The position numbers and the translations under genes were made by a program. From positions 75,952,001-76,012,000 of the forward strand of contig NC_087437.1 in NCBI RefSeq assembly GCF_036321535.1: DNA of 60,000 nucleotides, written 5' to 3'. This DNA comes from Camelus dromedarius (taxonomy: Eukaryota). A model generated the notes under the pieces. The model ran no database searches. It was given only the letters and a program-made list of their open reading frames with translations, and had not been told where the DNA came from. Of the stretch, positions 12,876 to 23,860 are shown piece after piece. The first letter of the stretch is position 1. The number at the start of each line of letters is the position of its first letter.

Positions 12876-13489
12876 ATATCAAATATCAAATTATTTAAAA
12901 ATGTTTCCTTTGGTGCCCTAGCTTTGAAAATGCCTTCAGAACATCCTGAGTCTTTTTCTTGGGTAATCCAGTGCCTCAAGCAAGGGCCAGTTTGTAATGC
13001 AAACAGATTACCCCTACGCTGGGTCTACCCCTAAGCCATTACACCAGGGCAGCTGCGCGGAAGTGTGGACGGCCAGGGGCAACCGACCCTGAAGAGCAAG
13101 ATGGGAATATTCAACAGCAGAAGAATTAGTGCTTTTCTTACAAAAATTCAAAGAGTGATTATGACTTTTAATTTAGGACTGCTGAAGACCACAAATGGCT
13201 TTATTACAAAAATCTACTTAAATAAACATGATTTGGATTTCAGCATTGTCAGCTGAAAACACTGTAAAGAGCCTAAAACATTGTAAAGGAAATAGGAGTA
13301 AATTGTCAAGTTTTGTAACATTTGTGCTCACTGGGAAATCCACCCATGCCTCTCTCCTCCTGATGCCACGGCCTGCTTCCTGCAGAAATGAAACAGAAGC
13401 TAGTCCCTGCTCTGTGCGCAGTGAAGGATGCCGCAGTCTGCAGTATGCCTTCTGACTTCCTGGGTCAGGGACAGAGTTTAGATGACTCA

Positions 13490-13745
13490 TCCCAGTTCCA
13501 GACTTAATTTAGCCCTCTCCTCTGGGAAGCCTTCCTGGCTCTCTCCGCTGTGCTCCTGAGACACTGAAAGGATTAGTATTTTATACTGTCGTTCTCAGAT
13601 TTCTGTCTTCCCAGCCTCCCCACAGACTGACTTTGTGGAGGGCAGAAAGGAGGCCTTTCCTCCTGCCAAGAGCAGATGTCTCCCACGCACATCTCAAGGC
13701 CCCATTCTCAGTTATCTGCTGCGTGGATGGATGAATGAATCAGTG
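13490..13745 (+). mobile_element. L2 LINE 3' fragment
   Basis: ctcctctgggaagccttcct...gtggagggcag...ggatggatgaatgaat tail. Confidence 0.6.
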
Positions 13746-14289
13746 AGAGAGTGAAGGTCTATTACCACAAAATAGTGGTAAAGTTTGTAAGTCATTTTTT
13801 CCAAATCTAAAATTCCGAAGTGGTTTAGCCAAACAGGACAAGGCACAACTGCCTCTCCTTTGAGGGGCATCAGGACTTTCTAATAAATACACTTTTTAAA
13901 AACACTCTTGTATTTGGTACCAAGCAAAAACATTTGTGTCAAATGGGATAGCTGTCCCCCTCAGAGGAGAACTTTCTTTTATTTTCATTTATATGTAGTA
14001 TTTACCAATCTCTTTTGTATATGGGCCTATTCAGGAAATGGAAAAGCTTACCAATGACTTATCTTTTCCATCCAAAACGGAAAAAAAATTAGTCTTGTTG
14101 AGTCCCAAAAAAGGAAAATTATGTGTGTGTGTGGTAGGGGAGAGGGGAGTTTCCCCAATTAATTTACTTATGTTATTAAACAGAAGAATGTCAATGAGAA
14201 AATTAACATGGCTTTTTAGTCACTAAACTGTTCCTCTTTGGAGATATTTGAGAAGTACACACATGAGGAAACTTTTTGATTTTTTGTTT

Positions 14290-15400
14290 AATTAACAGAC
14301 TTTATTATTTATACTGGATTTAGGTTTACAGAAAAATTGAGCCAAAAGCACAGAGAATACCCGTATCCCCGCTTACTCTCCCAGCCCCTCTGCACAGCCC
14401 CCACCAGTGTCCCCATCAACATTTTGAATCAGTGTGGTGACTGTGTTATGACTGATGAACCAATATTGACGTATTCACTAAAATTCATCATCTACATGAG
14501 AGTTCCCTTTTTGTGGTACACATTCTTCAGATTTTAACAAGCTCATAACGTCGTGTATCCACCATTACAGCATCACACCGAAGAGTTTCACTACCTAAAT
14601 ATTCCCTGTGCTTCACCTGTTTACCCCTCCCCAACCACTTATCTTTTTATTGTCTCCATAGTTTTATTTTTTTATATGTCACATAGTTGGAATCATACAG
14701 TATGTAGCCTTTTCAGATTGGCTTCTTTCACTAAGTAATATGCACTTAAGTTCCCCCATATCTTTTCATGACTTGATAACTCATTTCCTATCACTGAATA
14801 ATATTCCATTGTATGAATGTACCACAGTTTATTTATCCATTTGCCAATTGAAGGACAACTTAGGTGCTTCCAGTTTTTGACAATGATTTGTTTCTTTGTT
14901 TAGCTTCTATAAACATTCATGTGCAGGTTTTTCAATGTATTTAGCAAATACCAAAGGGGGACAACTGTTGGATCATGTGTTAAGCCTGTTTTTAGCTTTG
15001 TAAGAAACTGCCAAACTGTCCAAAGTGGCTGTACACATTCTGTATTCACACCAACAGTGAAGGAGAGTTCCAGTTGCTCAACATCCTTATCAGCATTTGG
15101 TGTTGTCAGTATTTTGGGTTTTGATTATTCTAATAGGAATCTAAGTGGTATCTCATTGTTGTGTTAATTTGTAGTCCTTAATGACATAAGATATCGAGCA
15201 TCATTTTATATGCTTATTTGCCATCTGTATACCCTGTAGCATCTCTTATGTGATGTCTCTTGAGATCTTTTGCCCATTTTTAATTGGGTTGTTTACTTAT
15301 TGTTGAGTTTTAAGAGATCTTTGTATAGTTTATATCTTTTATCAGATATGTGTTTGCGCATATTTTCTCACAGTCTATGGGATGCTTTTTTATTCTCTTA
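14290..15400 (-). mobile_element. L1M (L1MC-like) 3' end fragment
   Basis: tttaggtttacagaaaaattgagc 3' UTR signature; degenerate ORF2 C-terminus (KKHPIDCEKICANTY). Confidence 0.88.
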
Positions 15401-15816
15401 AAGCTTTCCAACTGTTTAAGCATTATAGCATTTTCGAGTTTACAGAACTCACTCAAATGTAGTATCTCATTGCATCCACAAAATGACCTCTGGAAGTCCA
15501 TATTGTAATGGCCACATGAGAGAAATGGAAACAAAGAGGTGAGGAGATTTGATTCTGGTCACAGAGGGGTTCAGTGTAGAAAGGGGAAAAAAGTTTGCCT
15601 CAATCATTGGGATTTTTTAGTTTCCTGTTGTGTGTTGGCACTGTGCTTGCCAGGTGCTGCAGGGCTGTACAGAGTCACTCCCACGCCCCCAGCTTGCCTA
15701 TCTGATGCCTGGACGTGTCTGTTTTCTACTTGGGCGGAGCTGAAGATTTACACTGAAGAGGATCCTGGTTTTCAGAGATCCTACTTCTAGCATCGTCATC
15801 CCAATCCTTCAACGGG

Positions 15817-16286
15817 TGAGGGGCTCAGAGCAGGCCGCCGCAGAACGTGCCACTTTCACATATTGCTTATTTTGAATTAAAGTTAAGAAACAGCCAGTAC
15901 AAGAAGGACACTCTGACCCTCCTTTATCCCCACCGAAAGCAAGAAATACGTGTCCCATGTGAAAGGCACCAGGAGGAAGACAGACATCCTCATCACCAGA
16001 GATAGGAAAGTCAGGGCTGAGAAGGCTGTATAAACACACCTGGTTACTTCTTCACTAATTTATTACCCCAAGCCCAAACAATTCTTCACAAATTTATTGG
16101 CTTTTTGTCTAAAAGGTATAAAAGCTGCCTGCTTTGGTCACTTTTTTGAGTTTCATATTTTTTAATGAGCTCCCATATGTACAAAATTAAATTTGTTTTT
16201 CTCCTGTTAATCTGTCTTATGTCATTTTAATTATTAGGCCAGTTGAAGAACCTAGAGGGAAGGAGGGAGAAGTCTCCTCCCCTACG
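15817..16286 (+). mobile_element. ERV1 solo LTR (MER34/MER39-like) with 4-bp TSD
   Basis: TG...cctcccctacg termini, TATA-like ggtataaaagc, attaaa signal; flanks cggg / tggg. Confidence 0.8.
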
Positions 16287-16392
16287 TGGGGTGATTCTGT
16301 CCACCAGCTCTCAGCCTGCATCCAAGGGCTGCCTGTGGTCCGGGGGCCAATGGGGAGCAGCTACTCGGAGACAAGAGATTTTAAAATGCTTT

Positions 16393-16535
16393 TTCCTTCC
16401 TTCCTTCCTTCCTTCCTTCCTTCCTTCCTTCCTTCCTTCCTTCCTTCCTTCCTTCCTTCTTTCCTTCCTTCCTTCCTTCCTTCCTTCCTTCCTTCCTTCC
16501 TTCCTTCCTTCCTTCTTTTTTCTTTCTCTTTCTTT
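16393..16535. repeat. (TTCC)n microsatellite: 16 units, one TTCT, 13 units, then a CT-rich tail
   Basis: Directly visible. Confidence 0.99.
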
Positions 16536-17919
16536 CTCCAAGGTGATTGCCCTCTCCTCCTTTGACAAAAACAAAATACAAAAACTCATACACACAACAA
16601 TAGGAAAACAAACAAGTGAGGTGCTCTCCTTGTGAACTGACATTCTGCATTTTGACTCAATTGTGAGTTAGCCCACTTACTGGGGGTTACTGATCTCCAT
16701 CTTACTCTAGTCTCAGCTTCTCGGGAGGGGACTGCTCCCCTGGAGACTCAGGGCACATTAAGAAGCTGCACAAACTCTTCCAGGTGTCACCGCTGTAGTA
16801 AAGGGACCATGATGGTAACTCTGCACCGAGGATAACCCCAACCACATCATCCACGCACGGGGACCTGCATGCCACCTTCTACCCACCCGGATGCACGGCC
16901 CAGCCTAAGGCAGTGTCGGGGGCTTTGAGCTCCGCATCTTTCCTGAGTCGAGAGATTTAAAGCCCTTTCTCTTTTTGTTCTTGCTGAATCTGATTAAATA
17001 AAGACAGCATTAGCAATACGAAGAATTTAATGGAGTGGTTAATGGTGTGGGTGATGTCAATAGGAATTTGGCAGCATCTGTGAGGATAATCTGAGAGAGA
17101 TAATCGAGTTGACAGCCCTTCTCTCAGAAAGCAAAATTGCCTGGTTCTGGTTATACCGGCTGTTATTGGCTTCCCTGCCTGCAAAAATGTCACAGTAATT
17201 CCAATGGAGTTGTTTACACAAGTGGAAAAATCTGACTCCTTGATAACATGTTTCAGTTGCAACCCCTTTAATGACACTCAGAGGCCTTCCAGTAAGAGAG
17301 AAATTTCCTCCCAACTAAGGGAGCAGTTATCTGGAAACAGCGCCCTTCCTCAGTAAGGTTATTTATGTTCATTGGGCTAATGGTTTTTGTCCAGTAATAC
17401 ATTTAAATTGCTTTTCATTTTAGAGTTATGCTTTGCTATCACATTGCAGAAAGTCGCTTCTCTTCCTCCGTACAGCCGGCAATTTCCTTAAGTATGCGAT
17501 GACAGCATTGTCCTTTCGAAGTCATTTGAAATAGACTCTGTCTCAGCCACCTCTCAGGAGAATATTCTCTGTCTGATAATCATAGCCAAGTGGAAAGTGC
17601 AAACGAACTCAGGCCGTCTGGTCGCTCCTTTCTCTGGTTCCCTGCAGGGTGACGGTGCCCGGTTGTTCTGGGAAGGAGCCCTACATCCGGCCTCTGATTA
17701 CCTGAGAAACAGGCCCCCAGCTCGGGGATAAGAAGTGCAGGGGTTGAGAGGAGTCACTCCACAAGTGATTTATAAACTGAGTCACACTTATCTGGTATGG
17801 ACAACAAAGAAAATTTCTGTCTGTAGAAATGGACATAATTAGGGGTATACGACCTTGTAGCAGACATTTCTCAGTGAGACTGACAGCTCACAGGCAGTTG
17901 GGAATAAAAGTATTCCTTT

Positions 17920-18107
17920 ATCTTTTATTTTTATCTTTTTAAATTTTTTTTTGCGGGGGAAGGTAGGTTTTTGTTCATTTTTTAAAATTAATTAATTCAC
18001 TTATTTATTGGTGGGGCAGGTAATTAGGCTTATTTAATTTTGGAGGAGGTACTGGGACCTTGTGTATGCTAAGCATGCACTCTACCACTTGAGCTATACC
18101 CTCCCCC
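17920..18107 (-). mobile_element. Camelid tRNA-derived SINE (Vic-1-like)
   Basis: Minus strand reads GGGGAGGGTATAGCTCAAGTGGTAGAGTGCATGCTTAGCATACACAAGGTCCCAGTACCTCC plus an A-rich tail with cctaattacc. Degenerate TSD aaaagtattcctt / aaaaacattcttt. Confidence 0.85.
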
Positions 18108-18331
18108 AAAAAACATTCTTTTAAAACTGGGGGAAAAAGGTGGATCAGGTGGGTTGAATCTGAAGCACATGTAATTTTAATTAAACATCTTGGGTAATAA
18201 CTGTAATATAAGTGCTATAAAATACTAGCTTTATTTTTTTTAAAAAAGGTAAAAATTTAAGTGAAAATAGATCATACTTCTGCCTGATTTTCAAACTGAG
18301 AACTGTGTGTATACTGTAAGTTTTGAAGGTA

Positions 18332-18780
18332 TAGACACATCTCATTTTATTGCACTTCACTTTATTTTACTCTGCGGATAACGCAGTTTTTACAAATTGA
18401 AGGTTTGTGGCAACTCTGGGTTGAGCAAGTCGATTGGCACCATTTTTTCCAACATTGGCTCACTTTGTGTCCCTGTGTCACGTTTTGGTAATTCCCACAT
18501 TTCAGACCTTTTCATTATTACTATATTTGTTATGGTGATCTTTGGTGTTAATACAATGACTTGCTGAAGGCTCAGTCGATGATTACCATTTTTTAGCAAT
18601 AAAGTATTTTTAAACTTAGGTATGTACATTGTTTTGGACATAATGCTTTTGCACACTTAGTAGATTACAGCATAGTGTAAACATAGCTTTTTTATGCACG
18701 GAGAAACCAGAAAACTTGTGTGGACTCGCTGTACTGCAGTGGTCTGGAACCAAACCCACAAAATCTCCGAGGCATGCCTG
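18332..18780 (+). mobile_element. Internally deleted Tigger1 (TcMar) element with TA TSD
   Basis: Left end ...ctcattttattgcacttc...tacaaattgaaggtttgtggcaac; right end ggtctggaaccaaaccc...ctccgaggcatgcctg; TA on both sides. Confidence 0.9.
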
Positions 18781-21700
18781 TAAATGGTTTAAGCTAATAG
18801 GAGGTTAACATTCAAGTTAAAAATTTTAACTTTAATATATAATTGACTATATAGAAATAAAAGAAAATCAAAGGGACCAAGAAATATAAATTGCATCGCT
18901 TATCTATAGCAGTTGCATCACAGAAACCTCGGCTCTGCTCCAAGACTTGGAGGCTTGTGACGGCAGCCAGCACTGCTCAGCAGGGAAAGGTGAACTGTTG
19001 AGGAGGTCGGGGACATCTTCCAGGGTCCCGCCCGCTGTGCAATCTTGCTACTTGTTTGGCCTTGACTTCTTTGACGGCGGGCGAAGGCCTGCTCTTCCCC
19101 AGGGAAGAATATTCATCAGCTAATTTATGGCTCAGTTCATCTTGCTACCACCAATTACTGACGCTGCTCTCTGCAGTAGACTCGAAGGGCTGGGGCTGAG
19201 TCTATCCAAAATAGATCTTTGGCTGAGGAGCAGGTGGTGGTGGTGGCAGGCCAGAATGTCACACAAAGGCAACCGGAAGAGAAATGCGCACACCCAGACC
19301 AGAAAGCCATTTGTTTTTTAAAAGAAGGCATATGGAATATTGGATGTGTGGGTAGGAGTGAAAGAGGAGCCCCGAAATAGTAATTCACATGGATAAATGC
19401 TCATGCATAGAAGAAAAAGATCTTGGTCTGATTCCAGGTTGAATGGTGTCTCTAGGGAGGACTGTGGCAGGCTTCAGAGAGCCAACCCCTCTGCCTTCCC
19501 CTTCGAACTGCAAATACTACATCAGGTGGGCCGGTGGAGACATTTGAAGACCATTGTTGTCGCTGTTGCTGCAGCCACGGTCCTCGGCATGCACAGGGTC
19601 CTCGGGAGATGTTGTTTCATGTGTGACCCACTCATTTGAAGTCAGATCTTTGGGACATGAAGAGAGAAAGGCTAAAGAAGACTTTTGGCAACACATATCC
19701 CCATGACCGAGTCTGGGGGCCACAGACAGATACCTGGTGAACTTCAAATTAAACTCTTTAATAAAATTTCTAAAACTTTTCCAAATTCATACATAAATTA
19801 CAGTGTAGTTTCCATACCTAAGAGATAATCTTGATTCCTTAAGCAGATGATTTTGAAGTTAAAGAATTCCCTTAACTATCAGTCCCTAAAATGGGGATTT
19901 TTATTTGGCCGTACTGAGGTAAATATTTCATTTAAAAAGCAGATACACAGCCTTCGATATGCAGGAAGTAATCCCTTAAGAGTCATAGGTAAGAATAGGT
20001 TTGTCCTGCAGTAAAGTCCTTTTTAAAGGCTGAGGATTAGCAAAAGACTCACATGATCAACTGAGATGGAAACTGAAATGGTGGCAGCACACTTCAAAAA
20101 TGAGAATCTTTCCCAACAGTTTCCTGGAGGAAGGGTTTCTGGAGTCTTTCACCCAGCCATAAAAAAACCTCACAGCTGTTCTCAGTGGAGAAGAACGTGA
20201 AAAACCAAGGGAAATCGGACTACAGCTTTTGTGTGTGGAGGTGTGGAAGTGGGAAGGGGTGCTGTTTCAGCAATACGCAAGGGTTGGGACTGCGGTGAGG
20301 AGAGGATACAGCCCAGGGAGAAGGAAAAGAAAGTCAGGGAATCACACTGTCTGGCCCCAGGATTAGCGCTCTAACCCTAAGGCCAACTGCTTAAATTGTG
20401 CTGCTTGACCTTCTGGTTTCAGGTAGCCTTAGACCATCCTTCCAAGGCTGTAGCCGATGTGCTGTCTAACCACGTCAGTCCTGGAATCGGCAGAGCTGGA
20501 AAGTTCCATACCCCAGGACACACATAAAAGAAACAGACACTGCATCACGGGTCTTCGCCCAAAGGCTTTTTATCGCATTTTTGTCATTCTTGAAGATCTG
20601 AGAAATTTAAAGAATTTTATTCTTTATAAGTAGAACAGTAACATTTTCTTAGTCTTCAAAATGCAGGTTATCAAGTTCCACAAGTTTATATGTAGCTTCT
20701 TCCTGACAGGCGCTGGTTTCCATGCCCAGTCTCATCTGTAGTGCATTTCAATGGACAGCTCCAGCCCCCACGAGACTACATACCCTCGGAAGACGGACTC
20801 GCTGGTACTTGGCAGGTCCAGTCGCAGGCATCCACCGCAGATCCCTGAAACAACTGGATTGTTGGGAAGAGCATGACAGCATTTTAATGGACATGTAGTT
20901 TGGGTGAAGAACTCTTCTGGAGCCAAAGCAAGTGAGGTGAACTAATTTTCATGGGTTTTAAAACAGAGGAGTGGTTGAAGCACTGTTTTTAAGCCACTTT
21001 GTTCTAACAATACACTTTTGATTTTGACTGATACACAATATAGGTTTAATGCAGGTGAGGCTAGCATGTGTTAAATACTTCATATTCTATTTACAAGGAG
21101 GGTTTAGATATTTGAGGACTTGTGCAGAATCTCACTTTTGTTTTTAATATACTGCTGTAAATACCTAAGCCAAGATATAGTATGGGAGAAATGAAAATTT
21201 AAAGTAATTTTATAAAAGGTCATCTAAGTTTCTCCAGTATTTATCTCGAAGATCATGTATCTTGCAGGGAAATTTTTTTAAAAATTGTATCAATATTGGT
21301 TTTCTATTAAATGTATTTCAAACAAATGCTTCAAAATAGATGCAAATTATTACCTATTTTTGTATCTACCGAGTATATTTTAATTGTTTATATTTTTTCA
21401 GTGCTTTCATATCTTTATTTCTGGAAGATGTGAATTGGTATCTGTTTAATGTGTTTTTCATAATTAATACCACAGATATAAGTGATAGTAGAAAAGATCA
21501 AGAAAAAATAATTATACTTGAGCATATTTCTCGGAAATATTTTCATGCTGGCTTTTAAACCATTTTAAATTTTAGACATTGAACTTTAAAGACCTGTTTG
21601 TATGAACTTTCCCTTTCTGCCCCTTCATTCTCAAGAAACTTTCAATCTCCACATTTTCTCTTCTGACTGCAGTACACAATCCTGAGACAAAATGACCTTT

Positions 21701-22319
21701 TGTGAAATTCCCTAGGGTAGAGGATCTCCAAGTAGGTGAGCCTTCAAGTAGGCATTATCATTTTCTCTCTTCCAGCAAGGGATTTCATTTTATGCTTTAA
21801 TTCCTGGCCTGTTGACCCAGGATTGCAGATTTTTTAAGTCTTTGGCAAACTGCCTTTCAGAACTCAAAAATTTGGTCTCTACCTCTCCCCTACAGTAACA
21901 GATTTCACTCGTACAAGTCTGAGAGAGAAAATGTAGGGGGAACACGGTTGGAGGGAAAAGTGTGAAGGACATAGCAAGTTTATAAAGTTTTCTATAAAGT
22001 TATACAAGTTTCAGCCTTTGGGCTAGATATTAACTAGAAAAAAAAAACATAGAAAGCAAGACCTAAATAAGTAACATGCTAAGAAAAGCATGTCTTTGAT
22101 CTAGTTTAAATCTGTTTGGAATCTTTAAATGAAAAAAGGGAAAATACAGAGATATCAAATTTGAACAGTGTTTTCTAATTCCAAATGATCTTCACTCCGG
22201 TACTACTGTGGCTCATAGGTTTTTCACTTTGGACAAGAAACAAACATATTTTTGGAATTGTGAGGAAGTGTGTATTGAGTTTTGGTTGTTTTTTTTTTTT
22301 TTTTACATGAAATCACACT

Positions 22320-22495
22320 TCTGGGATATGCATATCTGGGGTTAGGGGATGAAACAGAGGAAAATGGGTAAAATACAGATGAAACAGGAATTAAGATGTA
22401 GGTACTTGTGGAAGCTGGGTGAGGTTTACCTGGAGTTCAATATGCTAGCCTCCCTACCCTTCCATAATTTGAAAATTTCCTTAATTTCAAAAAGG
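22320..22495 (+). mobile_element. Old L1M 3' terminal fragment
   Basis: gaagctgggtgaggtttacctggagttcaatatgct...tttgaaaatttccttaat. Confidence 0.6.
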
Positions 22496-23024
22496 TGAAA
22501 AGGTTTCTGATGAACAATTTTACCTTTGTTCAGTATGTACGGAATCGTGTCGGTAGTATTAGTTTAGCTCACTTAGATAAGAACCATTTTATTTTTTCCT
22601 TTTAAGAAATTTCATGTTCTACCCCAAAGGACAAATGTTAACTGTATATGTAGGACCATAAAACCACACACATAGGCATTTTCTGTCACCTTTTTCCCTA
22701 ACAGAATTTATTTTCTTTGGCACGGAGCTCACCCTACCCACTACAACACACTGTATCCTTAGTAATTCAAAGGAAATGTGCTGGAGTATTAGAAGATGTA
22801 ATTCATTAGGCAGACTGATTTTATAGTAAAATCTTATAGTGCTACATATACAAAGTATGAGTTAGCTATGTGGACTTAACCTACCATGAGTCTTCCACAT
22901 CATCAAATCTCCTGAAACAGCTTACCCCTAAGGCATCAGGCCCCTACAAGTTAATTTTGAAGAGGAAGTTGTACTTCCATCTTTTTTGAATATACTAACG
23001 TACCAGCCTTATAGTGGAAATAAA

Positions 23025-23270
23025 AATAATGAAGTCAGTAATTATCATTTAATGAGCATTTCTGTTGCAGGCCCTATGCCAGTATTTTCATACATACTCT
23101 CTTTTCATCCCACAGGGGTGTTAAGGAGGTGTTATCACCACCATCATTTATCATTTAAGGTGGTGTTATCAACCACCACTACACAGTTCAGGGAGGTTAA
23201 AAAATCCAGGAGTAAATAGATACAGCCATACACTCTGGCGCCCAGTCTGTCTGAATGCAAAGGCTGTGAT
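23025..23270. mobile_element. MIR SINE (degenerate)
   Basis: catttaatgagcatt...tcatcccac...gttcagggaggttaaa...cccagtctgtctgaatgcaaag. Confidence 0.55.
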
Positions 23271-23405
23271 GTAATTATACCATATATGTATTTATACAGT
23301 GTGTATGTGTGTGTGCAATTCCAAAGGCTGTGATGTAATTATACTATCCATGTATCTATGCTGTGTGTATGTACTATTGTACACTTGTGTACTATTCCAA
23401 AGGCT
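23258..23405. repeat. Local tandem duplication, ~2.1 units of 64-76 bp
   Basis: caaaggctgtgatgtaattatac starts at 23258 and 23322; caaaggct again at 23398. Confidence 0.85.
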
Positions 23406-23841
23406 AAAATAACACATCCGAGGTTCTAAGGTTCTGGAACATCATACTCGGCAAACTTGAGGTCTGAGTTTATACTACAGTCTTAATGATACTATTTCCG
23501 TACTTTTATTATAGTTTGGGGAAAGATGGTATGCTCAGATCACACTTTCCCACGGAGGCGCTCCTTCTGCACAGCAGACTCCATGTCTTTCGTCAGTCTG
23601 ATTTCCGCTCCACACATTGGGGAAGAGTAACTGAAGCTGCTCAGACAATGGTGATTCTCAGGCAAAGTTTTGGGGAGACCATCACTGCACATTCTGAAAT
23701 AGTTGAAATGTCTTACTTTGATTAAAGTATTTTCCCTACTGTTTTTAGCAGATATGGTATATTGAAGGCACATACTCTATGGCCAGTAGCGTGAACCAGA
23801 AAGAAATATATTTGAATAATATCTTTAAAATATTTCAAATT

Positions 23842-23860
23842 TTTATTAAATATTTTTATT
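23842..23860 (-). terminator. Tandem AATAAA polyadenylation signals (probable distal BBX polyA site)
   Basis: TTTATT on + at 23842-23847 and 23855-23860, at the end of the repeat-free UTR-like block. Confidence 0.7.

Noticed and set aside
16243..16650. ORFs with (LPSF)n / (RKEG)n repeats
   Set aside because: Translations of the (TTCC)n microsatellite.
18040..18107. tRNA gene
   Set aside because: tRNA-like head of a SINE; lacks the B box/T arm and has an A-rich tail and TSD.
23258..23405. CRISPR-like repeat-spacer pattern
   Set aside because: Only ~2 units, the intervening sequences resemble each other, and the context is mammalian with no cas genes.
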